Assembly (NCBI GenBank): GCA_951406725.2
Contig: OX597816.1
Coordinates: forward strand, 128,526,001 to 128,590,000
Direction: 5' to 3'
Length of the DNA: 64,000 nucleotides
From: Octopus vulgaris
Lineage: Eukaryota
Shown: positions 11,961 through 24,160 of the stretch, in pieces
Numbering within the stretch: the stretch's first letter is position 1
How the letters are laid out: every line of letters begins with the position of its first letter
Notes under the pieces: generated by a model
What the model was told of the DNA's origin: nothing
Database searches by the model: none
The model's input: the letters and a program-made list of their open reading frames with translations, nothing else
Made by a program: the position numbers and the translations under genes

Positions 11961-12489
11961 TGTCCGGTCATCCTTCGATAGCTGTAGGAATTAATCCAGT
12001 GAAAAACAACAACAATTCGTATGAGTTTTCGAGGCCTTCATGTACATGGTATATTTATTCCAATCAAGGAGGAGAGCATTCATACACAGCTTGTATATTT
12101 AACATTTAACAGAACAGAATGAAGTTGAATAAGAAAAGGTTTTCGTCTTGCCACCTTCCATGACTGGTATAGTGGATTCCACTCAATTCAAATCGACATT
12201 GGGTAGTCCAGTAGCAGAGAGGGAGATGATGCAGTTAGCAGCAGACTGCTTGGTCAGCAAAAGAGGCCGTTCTTGGCTCAGCCCGTCTTTTTATCCCTAT
12301 CTCACAAGCGCCACCTCATTGTTAACAATGTGACCAGGGGAGATAACACCAGATGATCCATGTTCGGACATGGATTCAACTACAGTTGCCTGCATCCTTT
12401 TCATATTATAACCTACCAATAACACAAAAATATAAAGTGGTCACAACAGTGAGACTTTTGACCAGAGATATACACAACCAGGGCTGACA
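11961..12489 (-). mobile_element. probable solo LTR (Gypsy/BEL-type)
   Basis: TGTC...GACA termini; minus-strand TATA-like GATAAAAAG (~12290) upstream of AATAAA (~12055); more GC/CpG than flanks; TSD imperfect (TATAA/TGCAA). Confidence 0.55.
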
Positions 12490-13324
12490 TGCAACCAAAA
12501 GTAACAATAACAATATCATAATCCCTTTCTCCTTTATTTCAAGTATTCTTGAAATAAATCTTTAGTCAAAAAAAATCTTTAGTCAATAACATTCTTTCCT
12601 TTACAAATACTTTCTGTTAATCCTTTTACAATATTTCTAATCTCCATGTTTGCAAACTAATTATGAAAATTATCAACAATTTGGAATGATTTAGTAAAAT
12701 GATTAAATTATTGTTGGCAAGTTGGTGCTTTGAACATCACAAAATGTTCTTAAATAAAATTATGATGGACAGTTTTAATCAAAATGAAACTAGTTTCAAA
12801 TGAAGTGTTTTGCATCAAAGGTATCAAATAACAAGGAGTCACTTCAGACAGGTTGCTATCAGAAGGGTTTATATCCTGCTGCTTAGCAATGCTCTCTTTT
12901 ACTCTTTTACATGCTTCAGTCATTGGACTGCAGCCATATTGGAATATTGCCTTGAGGGGGTTTTAATGAATTGCATCAATCAAAGGACTTATTTTTAAGT
13001 TTGGTATTTTCCTAAGCAATTTATATTTGTTTGCAGAAGCTCCTTTGTTTGCTCACATGTTGAGGATGTTCAAGCTAGCAGTGATGAAGAGGATGAGGAC
13101 AACAAAGAAGAAATGAATGAGAATGGTGTTGATGATTTATTCAAGTTCAAATCATTGATGCAATTTTATACCAATTGCTATTTTTACTTTTGTTATGTTA
13201 CGATTATATTATACTTTAGTTTGATTTTAATTATTACTTACTACATATAATTCAATTGTTATTATTATTTTTATTGTTAAAGTGAAAGCATCTGACATAA
13301 AATAGAGAAATATTTTTGTTTCAC

Positions 13325-13515
13325 TTTTAACACGTAATACTGAAATAGTCGAGAAGATATGATATTGCTATGGGCTCACTCTAGGCAAGAAGTTGAACTT
13401 TTGTTTGCCCATGACACTCCTCGGACCCTAAGTAAGGCATGTGTAAAATTTGAATGAAATTGGTTGTATAGGGAAACACACAAGCAGACAGACATTCTCA
13501 GTTTTATATATATAA

Positions 13516-13518
<3 letters not shown>
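13325..13518 (-). mobile_element. non-autonomous Helitron-like 5' end
   Basis: Minus strand begins A|TCTTTATATATATAAAACTGAGAATGTCTGTCTG...CCAATTTCATTCAAATTT, typical of non-autonomous Helitron/Helentron termini. Confidence 0.55.
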
Positions 13519-13563
<45 letters not shown>

Positions 13564-13756
13564 ATATACACACACACACATATATATATGTATGTGAGTG
13601 TGTGTGTGAGGTAAGAAGCTTTTGCTTCCCAACCACATGGTTCCAGGTTCTGTTCCACTGTGTGGCACCTTGAGCAAGTGTTTTCTACTACAGCCTCGGG
13701 CCGACCAAAGTTTTGTGAGTGGATTCAGTAAACAGAAATTGAAAGAAGCCCATTAT

Positions 13757-13798
<42 letters not shown>

Positions 13799-13882
13799 TA
13801 CATCTAAAGTAGGATAAAATTTTTTCTAAAAAAAATTTTATCAATGGCCAGCATATTAAAAAATACCTTTAAAGGTTAAATT

Positions 13883-14256
13883 TATAAACAACTTATAAAT
13901 AAGAGCAAACGAAAAATTTTCTAATGCCAAATATGCCGAAACAAGACACTTTGGCCATAACCATATATTTTATCACAATAAGCACGCTACTCGAAAAAGG
14001 TCAACAGAAATTTCTAAAAAATTCCATTATTACCATATCTTTGCCGCATTTATCACTGACGAAGAGAGGGTTCTTACGAACTAACCCTGAAATCGGTCCG
14101 ATATGGTAATAACGGAATTTTTTAGAAATTTCTGTCGACCTTTTTCGAGTAGCGTGCTTATTGTGATAAAGTATATGGTTATTGACAATGTGTCTAGTTT
14201 CGGCATATTTGGCATTAGAAATTTTTTCGTTTGCCATTATTTATAAGTTGTTTATA
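13883..14256. mobile_element. foldback element (157-bp arms, 60-bp loop) containing a hammerhead motif
   Basis: Arms 13883-14039 and 14100-14256 are near-perfect reverse complements. Confidence 0.9.
14051..14103 (+). ncRNA. minimal type I hammerhead ribozyme candidate (PLE-type)
   Basis: UAUCa-CUGACGA-agag-AGGGUU...AACCCU-GAAA-ucg-GUC-cGAUA. Confidence 0.6.
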
Positions 14257-15581
14257 TATATATGTTTATATCTATGTGCATGTGTATGTGTGTGTATGTG
14301 TATCTGTATGTCTGTGTTTGTCTCCCAATCATCACTTGACAACTGGCATTGATGAGTTTACGTCCCTGTAACATAGGGGCTCAGCAATAGAGACTGATAG
14401 AATAAGTACTCGGCTTAAAAAAAAAGTCCTGGGGTTAATTTGTTCGACTAAAACCCTTCAAGGTGGTACTCCAGCATGGCCACAATCAAATGACTGAAAC
14501 AAGTAAAATATAAAAGATAACAGCTAAATATATATAGGCATACACATATATATGTATGTATGCGTATATAATATAAATATATATATATGCATGAATTCCA
14601 TGTGCACTCAATTTCAACAATAACATCTTTTAAAGTTAATAACATATGAATTAACTCAAAAACGAACTAAAAATGCTAACTAGGTCTACTCATTCATTGA
14701 ATCATTTCAGTGAACTAAACAAGCTATGAGAAAAAAAAATCTACTGATACTCTGGAGTACGAACATGTATAACAATCTCTGGAATAACTAGACAGAACAG
14801 CAGACAAAAATAGCTAACATCTATATACTTGCCCTAAACTTGTCAAATAAATTAATTTTGGTTTGCCTAATTGTCTACATTTTGTTTTCATAATGAAGAC
14901 TTAAATATAACTATATCTAAAATTTATTACAATTTCTTTCTATGATTTCATTTTCTTTTTTTTAACTTCTTTATTTTTTGTTTATTTTCTTGCTTCTTCC
15001 TTCCACTCTCTCTCTGCTTTTCTGTCTCCCTTTCCTTCTTTCTTTCTCTCACCCTTTCTTTATTTCTTTCTCTCTCTTTTTTTTCTTTGTCACATCTCTC
15101 CATAAATCCAAATGATTTCTTCTTTATATGTGTTCTTTTTTTCTTTCTTTGTAACAAAGAGTAATAGCTGTCTGAAAATTGCTTTCACAGCCAATAAATA
15201 AATGTCTAAGTGAATTGAACAACTAGAAATCATGATTACTTGAAATAATAAAGAAAAGAATAGACGGAAATTCTAAATTTATTGACCATTGCACACACAC
15301 ACACACAGAAGATGCACTCACTTTAATATAAGCATAATAATCTGATTCTAGATAATATAGGCCAATTTTTTGTAATATCAAAACAATAACACATACAAGC
15401 ATGCATACACATATGTACTTAAACACACTCAAGCGTATCCATATATAGAATTCATATACATCTATATGTATGGATGTGTGCTTGTATGTCACTTCATATG
15501 TAAGTGTGCGTGTGTATGTCTGAATGTGTGTGCATATATTTTTAATCATTTACATAAACAACAAAAACAGCATCAAACATA

Positions 15582-15802
15582 ATCCTTTCTATTATAGGCA
15601 CAAGACCTGAAATTTGGGAGGAGGGGGATAGTTGATTACATCAACCCCAGTGCATAACTGGTACTTATTTCATCAACCCTGAAAAGGATTAAAGGCAAAA
15701 TTGGCCTCAGGAAAAAATTTGAACTCAGAACGTGAAGATGAGTGAAATACCACTAGGCATTTTGCCTGGTGTGCTAACAACTTTGCCAGCTCACCACCTT
15801 TA
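15582..15802 (-). mobile_element. SINE family A
   Basis: Reverse-complement copy. Confidence 0.8.
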
Positions 15803-15834
15803 AAGTAAAATTGCTTTCCAAGCAATTATAGACT

Positions 15835-16055
15835 CACAGCGCTGGTTTCCCAGTTTCCATGGCGTTATATTCCCCAACTGGACAGGATGCCAATCCATCA
15901 CAGAATTTCTCATTTTTGCCAGCTGAGTGGATTGGAGCAACTGAAAAATGAAGTGTTTTGCTCAAGAACATAAATGCATCACCTGATCCAGAGATCAAAA
16001 CCACAATCTTACAATCCTAAATCTAACACTCTAACCACTAAGACATGTGCCTCCA
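15835..16055 (-). mobile_element. SINE family C-related
   Basis: Shares TTGCTCAAGAACA core and tRNA-like head on the minus strand. Confidence 0.7.
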
Positions 16056-16744
16056 GCAATGCTTTCAAAACTTGGCTCAAGGGTGATGATAGTGATGATG
16101 ATGATGATGATCCCAGTAATTTCGGGGCAGTGAGTAAGTCAATAACATCAACCCCTTTACTCAACTGGTACTTATTTTATCAACCGTGGAAAGATGAAAT
16201 GGGCAAACAATGAACGTAGTTGAGAAAGAACAGTGATATAAGTATTTGAGAATACTGGAGACAGGTAAAATAACACATGAAGAGATGAAGTAAATTACAA
16301 GTAGGGAGTGTACAAGGAGAGTGAGAAAAATATTAATCAATGTTTACGACACAGAAACTTCATTCAAAAACTAGAAGGTTGCTGATTCTATACTGAGCTG
16401 ACCATCCAAAAGCTAATATCAACCAGTTGTACATGAAGAGAGGCCAAGGTGAAATAGGCTTAATTGCTGTGGTAAAGTGTGTACAGATGGAAAGAAAAAG
16501 CCTACTAGAATATTTACAGATCAGCACAAAGATCTGTACAAGCATGGCTCACAAAGATTGGTACAAATGTAAAAGTAGAATACCTACAAAAATCAGCATT
16601 GCTGGTAACTGCAAGAGTTCTTCACAGGGTTCTTGAAGCATGACCAGTAAACAAGTGCCACCTTAGTCTGCTGACTGCGAACAGCTGACATTTTCCATCA
16701 AACCCAGCAAAATAACTTGAAAGTTTCCTTCAAATGATAATAAT

Positions 16745-16960
16745 AAGCCTTACTAGCACAAAGCCTAAAACTTCAAGGGAGTGGGTTTAGTCAATTATAT
16801 TAACTCCCAATACTCAACTGATACTTATTTTATCGATGCTGAAAGAATGAAAGACAAAGTCAACCTAGGAAAAATTTCAACTCAAAACATAAAGACAGAC
16901 AAAATATTGCTAAGCATTTTTATCCAATGGATGTGCTGATTCTACCAGCTCACAACCTTA
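16745..16960 (-). mobile_element. SINE family A (diverged)
   Basis: Reverse-complement copy. Confidence 0.75.
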
Positions 16961-17449
16961 AGAAAAGTAATAACAATGATGATGGTGATGGTGGTATAGA
17001 TTGTTCACCAGGAAATGATAAGAAAATATATCTTGAAAGGAAAAAAATATAGAAATTGCTTCATCAGCTAATTCAGTTTAGAAACAACAAAATTGGTTTG
17101 TATTTTGATATCTAATGTGACCACTGTATCATATAATACGAAATGGAACACCAGTTCCTGTTGAAGTAGATAAGAAAGAAAATTGTAAAATTATGACTAC
17201 ACCCTGTCTAGAAACCTTAGAATTTGTCAGCAAAATGTTTTCAAAAATAGGTTAAGAGACCGCAAAATTTTGTTTTTAATTTTATATCACAACTTTTAAA
17301 CAATAGCATATTTGTTATAGGTTTCCAATAGTACAATCATTGGTTCACTGTATTTCAAATAGTAAAAGTGGCAAAGAAGCATTATAACTCAGTGCAAAGA
17401 ACATCATTCCTGCAAAGTAGATCCTTCACAGAGTACTGGATTTTTACTG

Positions 17450-17690
17450 ATGTTTACATCCTTCCCTGATATACATCAGAAAAAGATATACACAAATATA
17501 TATAGACGTGTTAGAGACTCTAAAAGAAAATAGATGTAATACCACTAGTGATGGGATCTCTAAGAATGGTTGGTATTTATTAAGGTGCACAAACAAGTAG
17601 ACTAGAACAGGAATTAGAATTAGAAGAGAATGTCCCCACCAAAATAACTACTTTGCTTAGGACACTTGGATTCTTCATAAGAAGAATATA
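17450..17690 (+). pseudogene. R4/Dong-like (RLE) non-LTR retrotransposon C-terminal remnant
   Basis: Degenerate peptides EKDIHKYID...VIPLVMGSL...TTLLRT resemble the K..KY / VIPVVVGALG / ATLLGT tail of restriction-like-endonuclease LINEs. Confidence 0.45.
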
Positions 17691-17839
17691 TAGTTTTCTA
17701 TATCAGCCCATTAACAGCTCTGGAATGATAATAGCTGAAGTTGACTTTAGTGAGATTTGAATTCAAAATGTGAAAACAACGTAAAAACTGCAAGGGTTTA
17801 AATTCAATATTCTACCTTTACAGTTGGAATACTGTGATT

Positions 17840-18135
17840 CTTAGTGGTCTAGGCTCAGTGATTAATTCTCAGACTGGGCTGTGTTGTGTTCTTGAGCAAG
17901 ACACTTTATTTCACATTGCTCCAGTTCACTCAGCTGTAGAAATGAATTGCGACATGACTGGTGCCAAGGTGTATCGGCCTTTGTCTTCCCTTGGATGACA
18001 TTGGCGGCGTGGAGGGGAGACTGGTATGCATGGGTGACTTCTGGTCGTCCATAAAACCTTGCCTGGACTTGTACGTCGATGGGTAACTTTCTAGGTGCAA
18101 TACCTTGTCGTTCATGACCAAAGGGAGTCTTTTTT
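17840..18135 (+). mobile_element. SINE family C
   Basis: High similarity to 6444-6700, plus 3' tail GTTCATGACCAAAGGGAGTC. Confidence 0.8.
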
Positions 18136-18329
18136 TACTAGTGTATTTGCTTACACATAGTGAAAATAGGCCCACAGAACAGCCTTAGTTTTCTCAAGTT
18201 TAAAAGCATACAACTTAGCTCTGACAATACATTTATGTCACGCATTGAAGGGTTGCGGGGTCAGTCTTATGTTGCTCAAGATGCCTGCCCTAATTGTGTC
18301 TACTAATTTACTCATACGTCATCATTAAT

Positions 18330-18500
18330 TATCGTTGTCGTCATACGCTTTCCGTGTTGGCATGGGTTAGATGGTTTGACTGAAGCTAGTAAACCAGAGA
18401 GCTGCACCAGGTTCCAATCTGATTTGGCATGGTTTCTTCTGGTGAATGCCCTTCTCATGCCAACCACCCCAAGAGTGTTATAGGTGCTTTTTACATGCCA
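18330..18500 (-). mobile_element. RTE 3'UTR/RTE-tailed SINE fragment
   Basis: Matches the tail at 62380-62620 (GCATGGGTT..A.GGTTTGAC...GCCAACCAC). Confidence 0.7.
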
Positions 18501-18539
18501 TATTCTAATCTGTTTCTCTCTATAGCTAATTCCTTGTTA

Positions 18540-19200
18540 AATTTTTATCGTAAATCCTAGTTGCCAAGCCAGTAACACTCGGAAATTGTTTATAATTCTT
18601 GATCCGAAAGCCTTCCAGAAGAGATCACTCAGATTCTTTTCAGTGATGCCCAATGCCATCTTAAGACATGGGCACACTAGACACTTGTCTGGAGACACCA
18701 CAGGTCTAAGGATCCAATGCAAACTATGTATGCTGTGGTTGTATTGTATCCATACAAGAATCCTAGGTCATAGCTTTGCCTATAGTGCTGTTGGGATGAC
18801 CCTGGTGATACTCACAACTGCTTCCAGGCCATAGTTATTCATGCATTCTGCTAACTCTCTATAGAATGCAAACGTTGATATTCCACTGACTGCATTGCCC
18901 AGCTTGTAGAGTGTGGTGTATATCTGACAATATTTCAGACATCGTGATAACAAAAGCTATGATTTGCTGATTTCTAACAGTCATAAAACCACTAATTTGT
19001 AATGGAGTGGCATATGTGATTGAATCACCATCAACATAATTTTATCCAAAATTCTCAATCTAAGAAAGCTGTTGGTGTACAACAATGTGAATTTCAATAA
19101 GAAGATCACTTGGTGGTGTCTGTCCCTTTTCTAGGTGCAGTTAGCCGTTTGATAATAATTAGTGTGGAGCCTGAGATGGGAGTAGAAAGATGGTGGACTC
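18540..19200 (-). pseudogene. CR1/L2-type LINE ORF2 3' remnant
   Basis: Degenerate motifs LVCPCL (LVRPHLEY-like) and FGSRIINNF (FS.RV...WN-like); many stops. Confidence 0.5.
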
Positions 19201-22200
19201 AATATGGGTGACAAGAATTGGATAGATGAGTAAGACCAGATAGATAAATAAATATTTACATTGCTTAAGTTATTTGTCTTCATTTTTTTTACTGTTTTTT
19301 AGTAATTTGTTATTGGTGAATTGATAACCTTATAATGAAACATCAATGACAGTCAGAGAATATAATAAGTGACCAGCCTTAGCTTCTTCATTGAACAGAA
19401 CATTGAATGGATCATATAGAGTACAGGAATGCCTTGACTTAATCATTCAGATGTTAAGTGAGGGAGTGTTAAGTGAAAGGCTGCTAGTGTACATAGAGAT
19501 AATGTTATAAATAACAATTACATTCTCACTGATGAGAACTGACATAAGAAATATTGAAAAGCCTTAAATAAGGATCAATAAAGCATCAGTTTTGGCAATG
19601 ACTTGATTAAATAAATCATATACAAATAATAAACATCAAATATATCTAGTTTCTCTTTACATTACTCGATGTGCCTTTGCTACTTGTGGCTTTGTCGTTC
19701 ATATTTGATTCACTTAATGTAGGAGTTTCTGTTAGTCTTTAGAAATGCATCGAAAATTCTTTGTTCCCATGATTGTTGTTTTTTTTTTAATTTCCTTATA
19801 AATCTCATGATAGCAAATGTGAGATATATTTAAATCTATGACAAATTTATTATTCCAATCCAAAATTTGAATTTAAAATCTCAATTACTTATTGAATAAT
19901 GGGAATAAGGCTGTGTTGAACCCAATGAGAGGGAAGGAATAAACAAGAGTTTCCATTGTTAACATCTACTTTTACACATTGCTTGAATTAATTCAAAATG
20001 AATTAATTCTGACATATCGAGATGAAAGAGTAGCAGTGAGATGTGAATAAAAAGAACAGTATATATGCATACATCAACATGCAACCTACTGAATGACCAA
20101 ATAATTGAACACACATGTATATATAATCAAAGTGCATTGTGGTAATTAAACTTTTAATGTAATCATTATGAATGTTTAACATTTATTTGATGCAATTAAC
20201 TATTACGTTTTTATTTTTTATTTTTTTTTTAAATATCATTAAAGCAGGGCATCATTAACTAAGTGATTATGAAGCAAAGCATGGCTGTAATTGTAACATT
20301 CCCCAACATTGTATATCCCCCACTTTATATCTATCACCTGACTTCTCTGCCATTTCAGCTCTGTGAGTGATAAACTGCATGTCTCCAGGACTTCCATAAA
20401 GAGTATAAAGTCTATTGTTGACTTGATAAATCATTTGCATTAATTCAGGAATTTTTTCTTTCATTTTGTTTTTAAAATAGAATATTATGGTTAAATGCAA
20501 AAGGATAGAAAATCAATCACAAAAAGAAGAAAAATAGCAATGGTAACATTTATATTACTGTATGACCACCTAGCTAATTACCATGAAGACAAAGACAGTG
20601 TTGAAATTCTACATTTAGCCAATTATAAAATTTTTACGGTGGGACACCAAAAATATTGTTATATCTTGGAGCAGTCATATTAAAGCCTATTAACACTCAA
20701 ATTAGTCATTAGTCAAATCTTGGTTTTAGTCATATTCCCCAAATTTTTGTCACATCTTGCCCCTAACTTTTTAGATGGGTTTAAGTTCTGCAAAATTTAT
20801 AACCATTGAGAAAGTGACAGGAAAAGTATGACAGATTTTTTTTTTCTTTTTTGCATCACTAAAGACCAAAAAGTAAATAACAGCCAGTGTGTTTGTAGCA
20901 TTTGACATAATTTTTCAGAAATCTAACAATATTGGTGTCAGCAGTTTCAGATTAAACTTTTTCTGAAACAAATTCAAAATCAGAACAAAAAAAATTATAA
21001 AATCTATGGCAAATTTATTATTCCAATCCAAAAATTGAAAGTTCAATAACCTATTGAATAATAGAAAAAGGCTATGTTGGAATCTGAGAGTCAACATCAT
21101 CATTGTCATCACCATTATTATTGTTGTTGTCATCATCATAATAAAATCCATTGATCAGTATGGTTTGGACAGGTCTATCATGCTCCATATTCCACTTTTT
21201 TCATGAACAAGTCCAACAATAACTATAAAACAAAAGCAGAGCAGATGCCAGAAGGAAACAACAACATTTCTTGAAATAAAACAAAAGTAATCAAATCCAA
21301 AAAATGCAGTAAGGCATCAGCATGGAATATCTCCATATTACAAAATATCCTGAAAACCTCAACTCAAATTTCAAAACCAAGATTATAGGGATTTTGGTTA
21401 TTGATTCACAAATGGTTACATGATTTATGCTGATTCTAAAAATGGAATCAAGGTTGTGAAAAAAAAAAATTTTTAAATAAAGGAAGAGATTTGTTTGATT
21501 GTCAAAATTTAATTTTTTTTTTTATATAAACAAATTAATTAAAATGAATGAAATTAATTTTCAAAAATTATTTTATATCCTTATTTTAACATGTCATATC
21601 ATTTATTGTAAAATGATATACTATTTTATTCTCATTGAGATGAATGAATTACATTGTCTATAATATTAATATGTGAGGATACTGACCATTTTTCATGACA
21701 TCAGATCATTTACAACGGTCATTATCTCGTGTGCTTAGACAGGAAACATAAATGCACATCTCAGCACTTGGCTGACAAATAGGTTCTGATACTACATCAT
21801 AGATGCTTAGTATTAACATAAAGAACTCTATTTCAATGATATATAAGCATGTAAATTTGTAAAAACAACCCTATGTCATTCTTGCTTGATGGATGTAAAA
21901 TTGTAAAACCAAAATGGCATTATAAAATATTCCAAGTATTTAATGGTTTAACACTTGAGTTTCCACTTAAGGTTGGTTACTGTTATTCAGATTTTCCGTT
22001 TTGCCATGTATAGATTGCATGTCATGTGTAGTTTATGTAGTACCTCTTCCAAGAGACTTCACTTCAGATCTATAGTTCAGACACTAATGAAATAAACTTT
22101 CAAGTTAAAAAAAATATGAATAGCACATGACCACTACTGGTGAAGAAAAAAAAGACCACTTTCCCAAAACTGTAGATAAATGGGAGCATGCAAGTGGTTT

Positions 22201-22479
22201 AAAAAAATATATGGCTAGCAGATGAAAGTATACAATGATTATTTGATTGTCTCAGCTGGATCTTGATGTGTATATGCTTAAGCCATAAATCAGCAGAAAA
22301 GTAGAAAAGTACAGATCATTAGTAATTTCAGAGAGGCAGTGTCCTTTCTACACTTAGAAATCACTTTTAGGAAAATGTTTCACTGGCTACATAGTAGGTG
22401 GGAAAAAGATAAAATAGTGAAGTGAGGTATGTCTGTAGTTGGTGGAATGGAATGGCATAACCTTTATAATCTTTGAACA

Positions 22480-23325
22480 AGACAAATCGCTAAAGAGACA
22501 ACTAACAAATGCGAAGCTTTACGAAACAACCACAAAATAAACACTTGAAAAATGTGGATGCCCAAACTGTGGAACCTGCCCCAACCTACTTGAAGGTTCG
22601 GATTTCCTTTTCAAACAAGGATGGAGGTTCCCAATTAAAACTAGTTTCACTTGTGCCTCTGAGAACCTAAGTTATGTAATAACCTGCTTGGGTTGCGGAC
22701 ACAACTATATTGGACAAACAAGTATGACCTTGAGAAAGAGAACCTTTCTACATAAAGAGCAAATCCGTTTCCCGCAATACAGGCAAATTTCTCTCAGTGA
22801 ACATATAGAAAAATGTGCAGATAACATCAAACCAAATTTCACAGTCTTCCCCTTCTACCAGTGCAAAGACACAATATCTCCACAAGAACGTTTAAATAAA
22901 GAAACTTTTTTCATTGAAAAATACAGAATATGTCTTAATATGCATGCATTACCAGCTTTTAACTTTTTACATATTTCAATTCATAATTACATCACTGTAC
23001 ATAAATCCCCTCACTAAACAAGGTTTTCGAAACATGTTTTTGTCTGTACATATATATTCCCCTGCCATTAGCAAAAGCTGAACCGTTATCTCCCTTACTC
23101 ACAACAATAACAAGGATAACCAATTACCTCCCCTTATTTATCTACTTGTGAAGTCATTCACTCGTGAATTTCATCACACACAACATGGACAAAATTTCTT
23201 ATTAATTAAGAAAAAATACATATTCAAATAAGTAAAACATAATATCATGAATAAAGATAGTGAAACCGGTCGATACATTAAAAATTATGTAAGTGTGCGT
23301 ATTTTCCTTTTTTAATTTCTTATAT
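22480..23325 (+). mobile_element. Penelope-like element 3' part: Cys-rich linker, GIY-YIG endonuclease and pLTR
   Basis: KCGCPNCGTCP...FTCASENLSYVITCLGCGHNYIGQTSMTLRKR...H...EH...ERLNKETFFIEKY..LN is the PLE GIY-YIG (VY-YIG) domain; degenerate hammerhead tail GAAACCGGTCGATA at 23262-23275; ends in TA repeat. Confidence 0.9.
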
Positions 23326-23827
23326 ATATATATATTCTTTAGTCACTGCACGGTGAGTGCTTTTAAGCTTTAAGCTTATAAAATATGCGTATTATCATCA
23401 TCATCATTTAAAATCTGCTTTCCATACTGGCTAATAGATAGAGAGATAGATAGATAGATAATTAAATACAGACACATACATACATGCATACACAAACATG
23501 CATATGTGCACATGCATACAATACAATACGTAAAAAGTAATATATTTACAGATTTACAAACCTCAACAAGCTATCTTTATGAAGCAACTTATTGTTAAAA
23601 ATACATTAGTTTGTGGAAATATATAGATTTCTGCATTTCTAAGCCTGGTTTCAGTTGGTTGACTCTTGTTATCGAAATCATATATAAGTCACATCTTTGC
23701 AAAATTCAACTGATATTGGTATTAAGGAATTATTTCAGGACAAACATGTCAGACTAAGGTTGTTGGCATAAATTGCTTTTACAGAAATATAGAAGTCCGT
23801 GTATTCCATGTATGAAACCCCAAACCG

Positions 23828-24012
23828 TTATATATATATAAATATATACATATATATATACATACATATATATATACATACATATATATATACATATATA
23901 TACATACATATATATATATATATACATATACATACATACATATATATATATATACATATACATACACATACATATATACATACATATATATATACACATA
24001 TGTATGTATATG

Positions 24013-24044
<32 letters not shown>

Positions 24045-24089
24045 TGTATATATATATATGCTATATATATTACATATATATATTTATGC

Positions 24090-24125
<36 letters not shown>

Positions 24126-24160
24126 GTGTAAATAAATATGTGTATGCATGTGTGTGTGTT
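23828..24160. repeat. compound (TA)n/(TACA)n microsatellite
   Basis: Directly visible. Confidence 0.95.

Larger units (their letters stand above)
13610..14520 (+). mobile_element. SINE family B split by a PLE-derived foldback insert
   Basis: Head at 13610-13755 and body/tail at 14290-14520; insert lies in the internal TA microsatellite. Confidence 0.8.
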
